Notes: generated from the sequence alone by a model not told the origin. 64,000 bases of DNA from an uncultured Prevotellaceae bacterium (GCA_902792635.1 CADBAG010000018.1:3379-67378); one strand, 5' to 3'; positions 44,158 to 55,009 are shown, numbered from the stretch's first letter. Made by a program: numbers and translations.

Positions 44158-44799
44158 TTATTTCTTCACGAACACCAAAGGCACGGCATTGGAGATAGAG
44201 ACGGTAGGCTGCACACCATCTATGGTAGCACCAGCCAACAGGATCTGTGTAGACATACCCCGCGTTGTTACATTCATTACACCATATGAACTTGTAGAGT
44301 TGCCCCAGAAGCCTATCACCACGTTATGACTTGCCCCGTTGACGGAAACATTGAAGGTTACTCCCGTTGGATAGATAAACCAGAAAGGATAAGTGCTCCA
44401 CTGCTGATAATACTTGTAGAAGTTAATGTAGCAATTCACGTTCACCGGATCCTGTGCTGCCACAGCTTCACGGATAGCCTTGTGCTCAGCCGTGGTTGTA
44501 TCGATGGCGAGAGCTAAGAGCCGAGCTGGTACATAGTTGAGTACCATCGTGGAATCGGTGTTGATGCTGCATACTACATCAGCACTGTCGGTTGGCGTTG
44601 ATTTACCTGTCTGTACATTGGTACCAATAGAATAGATCTTGCCACTGTAGGCACCCTTCACCGAATTGAACATCTGTGCTTTCTCCGCAGCTGTAGGCAC
44701 GCCATTGCTATTGTCGTCATCGTCGTTCAAACAAGATGTCAACGTGAAGGCCGAGACTGCCACCAAAAGGCACAAGCCCAAAAGTCTTAGTTTTTTCAT
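44158..44799 (-). CDS. Lipoprotein, DUF4840-like
   Basis: Lipobox LTSC followed by the acidic LNDDDD surface-export-type signal. The family call is by resemblance. Confidence 0.6.
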   Translation of the reverse strand: MKKLRLLGLCLLVAVSAFTLTSCLNDDDDNSNGVPTAAEKAQMFNSVKGAYSGKIYSIGTNVQTGKSTPTDSADVVCSINTDSTMVLNYVPARLLALAIDTTTAEHKAIREAVAAQDPVNVNCYINFYKYYQQWSTYPFWFIYPTGVTFNVSVNGASHNVVIGFWGNSTSSYGVMNVTTRGMSTQILLAGATIDGVQPTVSISNAVPLVFVKK

Positions 44800-44873
44800 T
44801 TTTACTATAATTTTGTTTGTTTTTACCTCTCAGTAAATGCAAAGATAACGATAATCTTGCATCCCAACAACAA

Positions 44874-46952
44874 CTATTTTTTATTTTTTATAATCTTATC
44901 CGGATACTGTATGCGCGTGTGATAGATAGCTTTCAGACGCTCAATGAGAACTTGTTTGGCCACAGCAATATCGTAGAAAGTAATTTTGCACTCACTGAAC
45001 AGCCCGTCCTTGACCTGCTGGTCCACAAGCTGATTGACGAGCTTGGAGATACTCTCCTCCGTATATTCTTTCAGAGAGTGAGAAGCGGCCTCACAAGTGT
45101 CGGCCATCATCAGGATAGCCTGCTCACGCGTTGAAGGATTAGGACCCGGATAAGTGAAGACGCTCTTGTCAACGACTTCGTCGGGATGCTCATTCTGATA
45201 CTTGATATAGAAATACTTCGCCATGCCACAACCATGATGGGTCAGGATAAAGTCGCGTATGACCACAGGGAGGTTATTCTCTTCGGCGAGCTTCACGCCA
45301 TCGGTGACATGGGCAATAATGATACGTGCACTCTCTTTTTCCGTGAGGTTGTCATGCGGATTGATGCCACCTTGCTGGTTCTCGGTAAAGAAAGCAGGAT
45401 TCCTCATCTTACCTATATCATGATAGAGGGCCCCGGTACGTACAAGGGTGGCCTTGGCACCAATCTTATTGGCTATCTCCGATGCGAGGTTTCCCACCGT
45501 AATAGAATGCTGGAAGGTGCCGGGAGCAACCTCTGAGAGCTTTCGAAGCAGTCCCTTATTGGTATCGGACAATTCGATAAGTGTCAATACCGACACGAAG
45601 CCAAAGGTCTTCTCCACAACGAACATCAGCGGGTAAGCCAAGAGCAGCAGCACACCATTGATCAGGAAATGATAGTACATACTGTGTCCGAAGCGGAATT
45701 CACCGCCACTCTCCATGAGTTTGAGCGCGAAATAGACGACACAGGTAGAAAGGAATACCCACAGTGCCGTGCGGAAGATCTGCGAACGTGTGGAGACCTC
45801 ACGAAGGGAATAGATAGCGACAAGTCCTGCCACGGTCTGTATGATAATAAAATCGAACTGATAACGCAAGGCGCAGGCAGAGATAAGCACTGTGACAAGA
45901 TGGGTGATGAAGGCCGTGCGCGAGTCCATGAAGATTCGAACGAAGATAGGCCCGAGAGCAAAAGGAAGCACATAGACGGAGAAGTTGAAGTAGCTATGCT
46001 CCATCATTAGAGAGACGCAGACCGGGAAGATAGCGATGAGCGTGTAAAGCATCGCCACACAGCGAGGCTTGGAGAAATAGTCGCGGCGGAAGAGCGATAA
46101 GTACAACGTAAAGAGGAAGACAAACGCAAAGACGTAGATCGCATTACCAACAAGATGACGCGTAATCTGTGACTTGCCGACCTGACGACGCTCCATTTCC
46201 TTCTCCATCGAGTTGAGCACCCGATAGTTGTACTCATCAACCATATCGCCCTGGCCGATAATCTTCTGTCCGGCCATGACCATGCCGCTTGCCGGTGAGA
46301 TACTGGACAGGAGGTCGTTGCGTGCTGTCTCCGTACGGTGACTGTCGTAGATGAGGTTAGGAACAATGAAATTGTTCATATTTAACTTCTGCATCAGTCC
46401 CCGCTCCTTGGCAAGATGCTCATCACCGAGAAGCTGCTCATAGGCTGACATTGTTGAATAGAGGAAACTGACCTGCACACTCTCTGCATCCTTTCCAAAG
46501 ATGATACGCACCTGAGAGGTTGTGTCATTGCGGAAGGCATTATATCCAGGCGTGTCCATGATGCCCGACTGATAGAAATGGTGCAGCTTCTCAATGACCG
46601 CAGCCTCAAAGCCCGTAGGCAGCGGTCCCACCTTCGATAATGCAACGCGCAGACGCGCTATCTGGACCGGCTCCACGCTGTTGTCATAGTTGTAGTAAGG
46701 CTGAAAACTGCGCAGCAACGAGTCGCGCTCACGCTGAATGGCTTCATCCGTCTTATAGACAGGGAAGTCGTATTTGGCAATGAGCGTACCATAATGCCAT
46801 GGTTCTCCCACCTCGTAGGCAAACTGCTTAGCCTCGTTGCGAGGAAGGAACCAGACGATGACAAAAGAGGTAAGAAGCACAAGACCCGTGCGGATAGCGA
46901 GACTCCGCCATACGTTCTCCTCATTGCCTATTATCTTTCTGAAAGTGTTCAT
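44874..46952 (-). CDS. 7TM-HD (HDIG) phosphohydrolase, PgpH-like
   Basis: Extracellular domain, 7 TM segments, APGTFQHS, LYHDIGK, HHG and MADTCEAA motifs. Confidence 0.9.
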   Translation of the reverse strand: MNTFRKIIGNEENVWRSLAIRTGLVLLTSFVIVWFLPRNEAKQFAYEVGEPWHYGTLIAKYDFPVYKTDEAIQRERDSLLRSFQPYYNYDNSVEPVQIARLRVALSKVGPLPTGFEAAVIEKLHHFYQSGIMDTPGYNAFRNDTTSQVRIIFGKDAESVQVSFLYSTMSAYEQLLGDEHLAKERGLMQKLNMNNFIVPNLIYDSHRTETARNDLLSSISPASGMVMAGQKIIGQGDMVDEYNYRVLNSMEKEMERRQVGKSQITRHLVGNAIYVFAFVFLFTLYLSLFRRDYFSKPRCVAMLYTLIAIFPVCVSLMMEHSYFNFSVYVLPFALGPIFVRIFMDSRTAFITHLVTVLISACALRYQFDFIIIQTVAGLVAIYSLREVSTRSQIFRTALWVFLSTCVVYFALKLMESGGEFRFGHSMYYHFLINGVLLLLAYPLMFVVEKTFGFVSVLTLIELSDTNKGLLRKLSEVAPGTFQHSITVGNLASEIANKIGAKATLVRTGALYHDIGKMRNPAFFTENQQGGINPHDNLTEKESARIIIAHVTDGVKLAEENNLPVVIRDFILTHHGCGMAKYFYIKYQNEHPDEVVDKSVFTYPGPNPSTREQAILMMADTCEAASHSLKEYTEESISKLVNQLVDQQVKDGLFSECKITFYDIAVAKQVLIERLKAIYHTRIQYPDKIIKNKK

Positions 46953-47073
46953 TTTTCCTATTCTTGTGATGGCTCTAAAGCCGTTGCATGATTATTTTGG
47001 TGCGAAAATACGAAAAATATCCGTTAAAGCAGAAAAAAAATATTAATTTTGCACCAAAATTATTCTTTTGGTT

Positions 47074-48591
47074 ATGTCAGAAAGAAAAGTGAGGGTACGT
47101 TTTGCCCCAAGTCCTACCGGTCCGCTGCATATTGGCGGCGTACGCACGGCTTTATACAATTATCTCTTTGCCCGTCAGCACGGCGGCGATTTAGTGTTCC
47201 GTATTGAGGACACTGACAGTCATCGTTTTGTGCCCGGTGCAGAAGACTATATCATTGAGTCGTTCAAGTGGCTCGGCATCAAGTTTGACGAAGGTGTGTC
47301 CTTCGGTGGTGACTATGGTCCCTACCGTCAGAGCGAGCGCCGGAAGATCTATAAGAAATATGTGCAGCAGCTTCTCGATAACGGCAAGGCTTATCTTGCC
47401 TTCGATACGCCCGAGGAGTTAGAGAAGAAGCGCGAGGAAGTGAAGAACTTCCAGTACGACGCTCATACTCGCCTTTCCATGCGCAACTCGCTCTCTCTTC
47501 CTAAAGATGAGGTAGAACGCCTGCTTGCAGACGGTGCTCAGTATACGGTTCGCTTCAAGGTAGAGCCGGGAGAGGAGATTCATGTCAACGACATGATTCG
47601 TGGTGACGTATGTGTCAAGAGCGATATCCTCGACGACAAGGTGCTATACAAGAGTGCCGACGAGCTGCCTACATATCATCTCGCCAACATCGTGGATGAC
47701 CATCTCATGGAGATCACGCACGTCATCCGTGGCGAGGAGTGGCTGCCGAGCGCCCCGCTCCACGTGCTGCTCTATAAAGCCTTCGGCTGGGAAGACACGA
47801 TGCCGCGTTTTGCTCACCTGCCGTTGCTCCTCAAGCCGGAAGGCAAAGGTAAGCTGTCGAAGCGCGACGGTGACCGCCTCGGATTCCCCGTGTTCCCATT
47901 AGAGTGGCATGATCCCAAGACTGGCGAGGTGTCATCGGGATACCGTGAGAGCGGCTATTTCCCTGAGGCTGTCATCAACTTCCTCGCGCTCTTAGGTTGG
48001 AATCCAGGCACCGATCAGGAGATCTTCTCTCTCGATGAGCTTGTGAAAGCCTTCGACATCACCAAGTGTTCAAAGAGCGGCGCTAAGTTCGACTATCAGA
48101 AAGGTATCTGGTTCAATCACGAGTATATCCTCCGCAAGAGCGATGAAGAGATAGCTGAGCTCTTCGCTCCTATCGTTGCCAACAATGGTGTGGAAGAGTC
48201 CTTCGACCGCATCAAGCAGGTTGTCCATCTGATGAAAGACCGTGTCAACTTCGTTAAGGAGCTCTGGCCACTGTGCGCTTTCTTCTTCATTGCACCGACA
48301 TCCTACGATGAAAAGACAGCGAAGAAGCGCTGGAAAGACTACTCTGCCCAGCAGATGACGGAGCTCATTGAAGTGCTGAAAGGTATCGACGACTTCTCCG
48401 TTGAAGGTCAGGAGGCTGTCGTAGAGAAATGGATTGCTGACAAAGGCTACAAGCTCGGCGACGTGATGAACGCCTGGCGCCTGGCACTTGTCGGTATCGG
48501 TAAAGGTCCCGGCATGTTCGACATCTCAGCTTTCCTTGGCAAAGACGAGACGATCAGAAGAATGCAGAAAGCTATAGAGACATTGGGATAA
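47074..48591 (+). CDS. gltX: Glutamyl-tRNA synthetase
   Basis: [25 protein letters not shown] and KLSKR motifs. ATG at 47074. Confidence 0.97.
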   Translation: MSERKVRVRFAPSPTGPLHIGGVRTALYNYLFARQHGGDLVFRIEDTDSHRFVPGAEDYIIESFKWLGIKFDEGVSFGGDYGPYRQSERRKIYKKYVQQLLDNGKAYLAFDTPEELEKKREEVKNFQYDAHTRLSMRNSLSLPKDEVERLLADGAQYTVRFKVEPGEEIHVNDMIRGDVCVKSDILDDKVLYKSADELPTYHLANIVDDHLMEITHVIRGEEWLPSAPLHVLLYKAFGWEDTMPRFAHLPLLLKPEGKGKLSKRDGDRLGFPVFPLEWHDPKTGEVSSGYRESGYFPEAVINFLALLGWNPGTDQEIFSLDELVKAFDITKCSKSGAKFDYQKGIWFNHEYILRKSDEEIAELFAPIVANNGVEESFDRIKQVVHLMKDRVNFVKELWPLCAFFFIAPTSYDEKTAKKRWKDYSAQQMTELIEVLKGIDDFSVEGQEAVVEKWIADKGYKLGDVMNAWRLALVGIGKGPGMFDISAFLGKDETIRRMQKAIETLG

Positions 48592-48603
48592 GGTATTGAG
48601 GCA

Positions 48604-49848
48604 ATGTACAATTTCTTCATCTTCCTATATAATATAGGTGTATGGATTGCGACATTCTTCTCTAAAAAGGTCAGCACGATGTGGAAAGGCGAGCACGAGA
48701 CTTTCCGCATTCTTGAAGAGAAAGTTGATCCCAACGCCAAGTACATCTGGTTTCATGCCGCCTCGCTCGGTGAATTCGAGCAAGGACGACCAATCATGGA
48801 GAAGATTAAGCAGACACACCCTGAATACAAGATTCTGCTTTCATTCTTCTCCCCTTCAGGCTATGAAGTGCGCAAGAACTATGCAGGTGCCGACATTATT
48901 GTTTATCTTCCGATAGACACTATCAGCAATGCGCGCCGTTTCTTGCGGACTGTGCGCCCTGTCATGGCGTTCTTCATCAAGTATGAGTTCTGGTCCAACT
49001 ACCTCCATATCCTCAAACACCGTCAGATACCTCTCTACTCGGTATCGAGCATTTTCCGGCCCAACCAGGTATTCTTCCGTTGGTATGGAAAAGGTTATGG
49101 CGAGGTGTTGGACTGCTTCACCCATTTCTTCGTTCAGAACGAAGAGAGTAAGCAACTGCTCCACTCCATCGGTATTGATTGCGCATCGGTAACGGGTGAC
49201 ACACGCTTTGACCGCGTGCTGCAGATAAGAGATGCCGGTAAGTCGTTGCCTATTGTTGAAGCATTCCTTAACTCTCAAGAGCAGACATCTGACACCCAGA
49301 ACCCTCCTGTGTTTATCGCAGGCAGCAGCTGGCCACCCGATGAGGAGATCTTCATTAAATACTTCAATGAGCACCGCAACTGGAAGCTGATCATCGCTCC
49401 ACATGTCATTGGCGAGGATCATCTTAAGCAGATTCTTTCCAAGCTGCAGCGTAAGACCGTACGCTATACGCAGGCCACAACGGAGAACGTGAGAGATGCA
49501 GAGTGTCTCATCATCGATTGCTTCGGTCTGCTGTCAAGTATCTACCGATATGCTGATGTCACATACGTTGGTGGAGGATTCGGCGTAGGCATTCACAATG
49601 TTTTGGAAGCAGCCGTGTGGGACAAGCCTGTCATCTTCGGACCAAACAATAAGCACTTCCAAGAAGCTTTGGGACTTATCAAAGCCGGCGGAGGATTCGA
49701 GATTAAAGACTATGGCGAGTTCACCGGACTCATGCGGAAGTTGGAAGGCAACAAAGACTTCCTTCAGAAGACAAGCGAGGAAGCCGGAACGTTTGTAGAG
49801 AGCCTTGCCGGTGCTACCGACAAGATCCTTGATGCAGTGAAACTATAA
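48604..49848 (+). CDS. waaA: Kdo transferase
   Basis: WFHAASLGEF, LPID, GDTRFD, IIAPH and HNVLEAA motifs. Confidence 0.93.
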   Translation: MYNFFIFLYNIGVWIATFFSKKVSTMWKGEHETFRILEEKVDPNAKYIWFHAASLGEFEQGRPIMEKIKQTHPEYKILLSFFSPSGYEVRKNYAGADIIVYLPIDTISNARRFLRTVRPVMAFFIKYEFWSNYLHILKHRQIPLYSVSSIFRPNQVFFRWYGKGYGEVLDCFTHFFVQNEESKQLLHSIGIDCASVTGDTRFDRVLQIRDAGKSLPIVEAFLNSQEQTSDTQNPPVFIAGSSWPPDEEIFIKYFNEHRNWKLIIAPHVIGEDHLKQILSKLQRKTVRYTQATTENVRDAECLIIDCFGLLSSIYRYADVTYVGGGFGVGIHNVLEAAVWDKPVIFGPNNKHFQEALGLIKAGGGFEIKDYGEFTGLMRKLEGNKDFLQKTSEEAGTFVESLAGATDKILDAVKL

Positions 49849-49850
49849 CA

Positions 49851-49881
49851 CGTAGGGGCGGCCACAAGGGCCGCCCCTACG
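49851..49881. repeat. GTAG-family REP hairpin between convergent waaA and patB-like genes
   Basis: cgtaggggcggcc-acaag-ggccgcccctacg forms a perfect 13-bp stem. Confidence 0.9.
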
Positions 49882-49887
49882 GTATTG

Positions 49888-51045
49888 TTATTGTAACGTT
49901 TTAACAATACGGCTTAATCCTTCTTTAAGCACTGCCCTCGGACAAGCAAGATTGATGCGTATGAAACCTTCACCTGCCTCCTTGCCATAGAGCGTACCAT
50001 TAGAGACAAAGACATGGCCTTCTTTGAGCAACTTCTTCGTTACCGCATCACTCGTCATGCCCAGACTGCTGATATCCACCCACGCGAGATAGGTTCCCTC
50101 AAGCCTTGTTACTTTAAGCGAAGGCAACTGCTGAGCGAAGGTCTCTTTCAGTAATTGGTAGTTGCCCCAAATATATTCGTTGAGTTCATCTAACCATTCC
50201 TCACTCTCATTATAAGCTGCCTTCAGCGCCACAGGACCGAAAGGATTGACATCGCATACCTCAAAGATATTAATGACACGATCGATCCGTCTGCGTATCT
50301 CATCATCCTTGCAGATGATGTTCGCGATCTGCAAGCCCGCCGTATTGAAACTCTTCGATGGTGAACTGAGCGTGACACTATTGCGCAGATTCACATCATT
50401 CACTGCAGCAAAAGGCGTAAACTTATAACCTGGCATCACAAGCTCACAGTGGATTTCATCACTGATGACAAAAACATGATGCTTGGCACAGATCGCTCCC
50501 ATCTTTGCTAACTCATCTTTTGTCCAGACCCGACCACCGGGATTATGAGGATCGCAGAGCAAGAACACAGTTGTCTTCTCATCTGCACACTTGCGCTCAA
50601 AATCTTCCCAGTCGATGACATAACTGTCATCTTTTCGCACGAGCCTGTTCTCTACGATCTGGCAGCCCTGATTGCGTATCGACGAGAAGAAACAATTATA
50701 GACAGGTGTCTGCACAAGCACGTTCTCTCCGGGAAGCGTCAGAGCCTTAATGCTACAGCTGATAGCCGGCACCACTCCACTTGTATAAAGCATCCATCGG
50801 CGGTCTATTGACCATTGATGCCGACGCTGATACCACGACAGGACAGCTTCGTAATAACTGTCATCAATCTGCGTATAGCCAAACACGCCATGAGCCACCC
50901 TATCAGCCAACGCTTTCTTGATAGCGGGCGCCACTTCAAAGTCCATGTCAGCGACCCACAAGGGTAAAGCGTCCTCCGGAATAGAGTCCCATTTGTAGGA
51001 CCCTGAATGCCGGCGTGGCACTATCTTATCAAAGTCGTACTTCAT
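49888..51045 (-). CDS. MalY/PatB-family PLP C-S lyase
   Basis: LPLWVADMDF, HGVFGY, PHNPGG, SDEIH and SPSKSFN motifs. Confidence 0.92.
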   Translation of the reverse strand: MKYDFDKIVPRRHSGSYKWDSIPEDALPLWVADMDFEVAPAIKKALADRVAHGVFGYTQIDDSYYEAVLSWYQRRHQWSIDRRWMLYTSGVVPAISCSIKALTLPGENVLVQTPVYNCFFSSIRNQGCQIVENRLVRKDDSYVIDWEDFERKCADEKTTVFLLCDPHNPGGRVWTKDELAKMGAICAKHHVFVISDEIHCELVMPGYKFTPFAAVNDVNLRNSVTLSSPSKSFNTAGLQIANIICKDDEIRRRIDRVINIFEVCDVNPFGPVALKAAYNESEEWLDELNEYIWGNYQLLKETFAQQLPSLKVTRLEGTYLAWVDISSLGMTSDAVTKKLLKEGHVFVSNGTLYGKEAGEGFIRINLACPRAVLKEGLSRIVKTLQ

Positions 51046-51060
51046 TTTTTATTCAGCTAA

Positions 51061-51088
51061 TTCTTCACTCTTCGTTCTTCACTCTTCA
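51061..51088. repeat. Four (T/C)TCTTC(A/G) heptamers that supply the stop codon of the DUF3737 gene
   Basis: ttcttca ctcttcg ttcttca ctcttca. The tca at 51079-51081 is the minus-strand TGA. Confidence 0.75.
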
Positions 51089-51933
51089 CTTCCCCTTCTC
51101 ATAATTTCAGTTTCGTGTCCTTTGGCAAACTCGTCATAGGTCACGGAGCCAATCTTATCAGCAATGATCTTTCCACTGATAGGGTTCTTGATATTGGTGA
51201 TAGAGCCTTTGACGGATACATTTAGATTTCTGCAATCTTCGAACATACGGTCACAAGAAGGGTCAATGGTACAGTCCTCAAGCGTAAGGTTGTCGGCATA
51301 GCAGAACAACTGCTCGCCACTGAAATGACAACGCACGAACTTAATGTTCTTCGAGTGCCAGGCAATGTACTCGCCGTCAATCTCCGAATCGTAGACCGTC
51401 ACATTCTCACACTCCCAGAAAGAGTCCTTCGTCGTGATATGCGCATTGTGCACCTCCACATCCTTACAATACTGGAAGATGTACTTAGCATCAGAAGTCA
51501 GGCCGTCAACATAGATATGGTCGGCATGCATGAAGGGATAGGTGCCCTGATGAAGCGTCACATTCTTGATCTTCACGTTATGAACATGCCAGAATGTCTC
51601 ATCGGCATCGTTGATCTTGACGTTCTCTAACGTCAGGTTGTTCATCTCACGGAAGAACTTAGGACCATCGATGACACAGTCCTTCATCACCATGTCGTTG
51701 CTGTACCAGATAGCAGAGCGTGAGCCTTCGGCGAAATAGCAACTCGTGATGAGACTGCGGTCAACATGCCACCAAGGGTACTTGCCGAAGAACTTACTGT
51801 CATGGCACTCGATGTCATGGCAACATTTGATACCAGACTCGCCATCAGTGATGGTTATATTGTCAAGCTTGACGTCGTGAGCACCGAACAGCGGGCGCTC
51901 ACCTCCAAAAGTTAAATCGTGAATGGAATCCAT
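51079..51933 (-). CDS. DUF3737-family beta-helix protein
   Basis: GGERPLF, GESGIK, GKYPWWH and repeated beta-helix turns, upstream of the patB-like gene. Confidence 0.85.
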   Translation of the reverse strand: MDSIHDLTFGGERPLFGAHDVKLDNITITDGESGIKCCHDIECHDSKFFGKYPWWHVDRSLITSCYFAEGSRSAIWYSNDMVMKDCVIDGPKFFREMNNLTLENVKINDADETFWHVHNVKIKNVTLHQGTYPFMHADHIYVDGLTSDAKYIFQYCKDVEVHNAHITTKDSFWECENVTVYDSEIDGEYIAWHSKNIKFVRCHFSGEQLFCYADNLTLEDCTIDPSCDRMFEDCRNLNVSVKGSITNIKNPISGKIIADKIGSVTYDEFAKGHETEIMRRGSEE

Positions 51934-52138
51934 ATATTCTTATTTTATTATTTGAAATCAATACAATATAATAATGTGCCTGCAAAGGTACAAACATTAT
52001 GCCAAACTCTCCAAACCCTAATTGCGGATAAAAGAACCTTAAAGCATGATGATTAGAAAAAACCTCCTTATGTTTACGTATTTGTCTTAAGTTTGCCGTA
52101 CCTTTGCATAAGAAACAAACATAAAGACTTAAAAGAAC

Positions 52139-53749
52139 ATGTTGAAACAACTAACAATGGCAATGGCGTCATGCCTTGCATTATCTTTGCCCCTAAACGC
52201 ACAGAATCCTGTCAGAGGAGATTATGGCTATCTCTACTGCCACATGAGTGACCAGGGAGAATGGACGGCTTATGCCGTGAGCCGGGACGGTTACCACTAT
52301 CAGGACATCCTCGGTGGCAACGCTATCTTCAATCCCGATGAGCTCGCAAAGATAGAAGGCGGCACACGCGACGCTTATATCACACGCGCTGCCGACAAGA
52401 AGGGCTACCTCATGGTGACCACTGATATGTGTGTGCGCAGAAGTCACAAATGGGACAACTATGGCATTGATCTGCTCAAAAGCAAAGACCTTATCCACTG
52501 GGAGAGCACGACCTTCGACTTCCGAAAAGGAGCCTCCATCTTCTGTGATGGCGCTACGGCGAAGCAACCTTATAAGGACTGGACCACGATCAACCGCGTG
52601 TGGGCTCCGCAGATCTTCTGGGATCCCAACTATACATGGAGCAACGGCGAAAAAGGTGGATACCTTATCTATTACTCCATGCTCAACCGCCCCGAAGAGC
52701 AATACGACCGTATGTATTACAGCCATGCCGACCGTTCGTTTACGAAAATAACCACACCCCAGCTGCTCTTCGACTGGGGCTATGCCACCATCGATGCAGA
52801 CATCAACTACCTTCCCTCCGACGGCCTCTACCACATGCTCATCAAGAAGGAAGGCGGCAAACCTGGCATCTACACAGCCACGAGCAAACATCTCACCCAC
52901 GGCTGGGGAGAGCCGGACGACAGCGACTTCGTGAGTTTCGAAGGGCACAAGAAGTGCGAAGGCAGTTCCGCTTTCCAGCTCATCGGCGACAGCACCTGGC
53001 GTGTGGCGTATATCCAGTACAGCGACAACCCCAAACACTATCGCATCTGCAAGGCTGACGCACACCTCCGCCATTTCAGTGATCCGGTGGACATAGAAGG
53101 GGTCACGGCACCACAGCACGGCTCCTTCATGCGCATCACGAAAGATGAGTACGACAGACTCCTCCAACTCAATGACACAAGAATATACACCGAACCCTAT
53201 TCCAAGACTGCTCAACTAGAAGCCAAGAAGTGGATGAAAGCGGGCTCCTGGCGCAACGGACTTACGAAAGCTTCGCCAGACAAGACCGTCAACGCCGCTG
53301 AGTTCCAGCGCCAATATACAAAGAACAAGGCACAGTGGGACGCACTCTTCGCATGGGTTGAGAACACGGACCTGACCAAACTCTCTGCCGGCAACCATCC
53401 CATCCCCGGCACTACAATGACAGCCTCGATACAGGATGACGTCAATCTGCCAATAGAGAAGCGGGGCACGGAGAGCCACCGCAAGAAAATCGACTTCCAG
53501 TATGTAGTCTGTGGCACCGAAGGCTTCGCACTCATCGACCATAACTCTTCCAAGCCCAACTGCAACTACAACGACAAAAAGGATGTCATCCACTACGATT
53601 ACGACAAGACGAAAGCATGGGTCTTCCCCAGCACAAAGAACTGTTTCAACATCTTCTTCCCGGGCGACTGGCATATTGCCAAAGTCTCAACGAAGAAGAA
53701 AGACCAGCACTTCCGTGTCGTCGTTGTCAAGGTCGACTACAAGGACTAA
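52139..53749 (+). CDS. Secreted GH43-like five-bladed propeller fused to a YhcH/YjgK/YiaL (NanQ-like) domain
   Basis: Signal peptide, then RDAYI, WAPQIFWD, IDADI and CEGS motifs. C-terminal ESHRKKIDFQY and IFFPGDWH. Confidence 0.8.
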   Translation: MLKQLTMAMASCLALSLPLNAQNPVRGDYGYLYCHMSDQGEWTAYAVSRDGYHYQDILGGNAIFNPDELAKIEGGTRDAYITRAADKKGYLMVTTDMCVRRSHKWDNYGIDLLKSKDLIHWESTTFDFRKGASIFCDGATAKQPYKDWTTINRVWAPQIFWDPNYTWSNGEKGGYLIYYSMLNRPEEQYDRMYYSHADRSFTKITTPQLLFDWGYATIDADINYLPSDGLYHMLIKKEGGKPGIYTATSKHLTHGWGEPDDSDFVSFEGHKKCEGSSAFQLIGDSTWRVAYIQYSDNPKHYRICKADAHLRHFSDPVDIEGVTAPQHGSFMRITKDEYDRLLQLNDTRIYTEPYSKTAQLEAKKWMKAGSWRNGLTKASPDKTVNAAEFQRQYTKNKAQWDALFAWVENTDLTKLSAGNHPIPGTTMTASIQDDVNLPIEKRGTESHRKKIDFQYVVCGTEGFALIDHNSSKPNCNYNDKKDVIHYDYDKTKAWVFPSTKNCFNIFFPGDWHIAKVSTKKKDQHFRVVVVKVDYKD

Positions 53750-53838
53750 CTGTTAAGCTGAGTTTTTCTCATCGGCGACTTATCCGTCTAAAAAGATGGC
53801 ATTATCTTTGCTCATGTTATCTAAAAGGGAAGCAATAA

Positions 53839-54360
53839 ATGAAGTATCATCACATAGCCTCCGCGATCGTCCTACTTGCTCTCACTGCTTCATGCAATGA
53901 GAGCAGCCAGAAGGCCATCAAAGAAGGCAACAATACGAATGTGGCTAAAGCCGCCACGCAGCAAACAAACCCTAAAGTTAAACAACAAAAGAAAGGAAAG
54001 AAAATGGTTACAGAACTTACAGCAGAGATGTTCAAAGAGCGCATCATGGACTACAGCAACCACCCTGACAAGTGGAGCTACAAAGGCACACGCCCGGCCA
54101 TCATCGATTTCTATGCCACCTGGTGCGGCCCATGCAAGGCTACGGCACCCGTCGTAGAGAAGCTCTCTGAGGAGTATAATGGAAAGATCGACTTCTACAA
54201 GGTGGATGTCGACCAGCAGGAGGAGCTTGCGGGGCTCTTCGGCGTTCAGTCGATCCCTACCCTGCTTTTCATCCCCACAGAGGGCAACCCTGTGAAGAGT
54301 GTCGGGGCCATGGGCTATGAGCAGTTCAAGGAAGCTATCAACGAAGTGTTCAACAAATAA
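53839..54360 (+). CDS. Thioredoxin with an N-terminal lipoprotein-like extension
   Basis: [10 protein letters not shown] active site, VQSIPT and lipobox-like TASC. Confidence 0.9.
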   Translation: MKYHHIASAIVLLALTASCNESSQKAIKEGNNTNVAKAATQQTNPKVKQQKKGKKMVTELTAEMFKERIMDYSNHPDKWSYKGTRPAIIDFYATWCGPCKATAPVVEKLSEEYNGKIDFYKVDVDQQEELAGLFGVQSIPTLLFIPTEGNPVKSVGAMGYEQFKEAINEVFNK

Positions 54361-54373
54361 CAGCCTTAAAAGC

Positions 54374-54409
54374 AAAAGCCTCTTGCAGATTGCTCTGCAA
54401 GAGGCTTTT
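54374..54409. terminator. Bidirectional terminator
   Basis: aaaagcctcttgcaga / tctgcaagaggctttt stem. Confidence 0.85.
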
Positions 54410-54412
54410 CTT

Positions 54413-54487
54413 TGGTAGTGGATAGGGGAATCGAACCCCTATGCCAAGATTGAGAATCTTGTATCCTAACCATTAGATGAATCCACC
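54413..54487 (-). tRNA. tRNA-Glu(CTC), CCA encoded
   Basis: Cloverleaf with anticodon arm CAAGA-TT-CTC-AA-TCTTG, T-loop GTTCGATT and 3' ACCA. Confidence 0.93.
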
Positions 54488-54564
54488 ATCTGGTTTCCAT
54501 TGAGAGAATAAAAAAGCCTTGTCGGCATGTTGCATGTTAACAAGGCTCAACTCCTTGAAGGAAG

Positions 54565-54636
54565 TAGTCGGTAAGAGAATCGAACTCTTATGCCAAGATT
54601 GAGAATCTTGTATCCTAACCATTAGATGAACCGACC
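54565..54636 (-). tRNA. tRNA-Glu(CTC), second copy, CCA not encoded
   Basis: Identical D and anticodon arms. Acceptor and T stems differ by paired changes. Confidence 0.93.
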
Positions 54637-54657
54637 ATCTGAAGGCTATTTCCTTTG

Positions 54658-54746
54658 CGGAAGCTGGGGGATTCGAACCCCCGGTACGCGTAAATGCGCA
54701 CGGCAGTTTAGCAAACTGCTGGTTTCAGCCACTCACCCAAACTTCC
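54658..54746 (-). tRNA. tRNA-Ser(GCT)
   Basis: GCAGT-TT-GCT-AA-ACTGC anticodon arm, long variable arm and GTTCGAAT. A minus-strand TACCTTTG box lies at 54797-54804. Confidence 0.93.
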
Positions 54747-54899
54747 AATCCGTTGGTTCTTTGACCTCACAGCATTCGTTTTTCGGAATGCGGGTGCAAA
54801 GGTAGGCAAAAGAATCGGTTCCGCCAAATCTTTTGCCATCTTTTTTCAATTTTACCTCAATTTTACTGCAAAAGGAGGCTCATTATGTGCTATATCGCC

Positions 54900-55009
54900 T
54901 CGCGATACCGATTGAATCGCGCTGCGATTACGGTGAAATCGTACTGCGATTACGGTGAAATCGAACTGCGATTACGATTAAATCGCAAGCCGATAACAGT
55001 GCAATCGCA
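54900..55009. repeat. Five degenerate 22-bp tandem units
   Basis: ctgcgattacggtgaaatcg(t/a)a at 54922 and 54944, with degenerate units at 54900, 54966 and 54988. Confidence 0.88.

Noticed and set aside
44874-48591. 7TM-HD phosphodiesterase divergent from gltX-waaA as a novel signalling unit
   Set aside because: It looks like ordinary core-genome organisation, and nothing in the sequence links them functionally.
52139-54487. Genomic island integrated at the tRNA-Glu 3' end
   Set aside because: No integrase, no duplicated tRNA 3' fragment and no obvious compositional shift.
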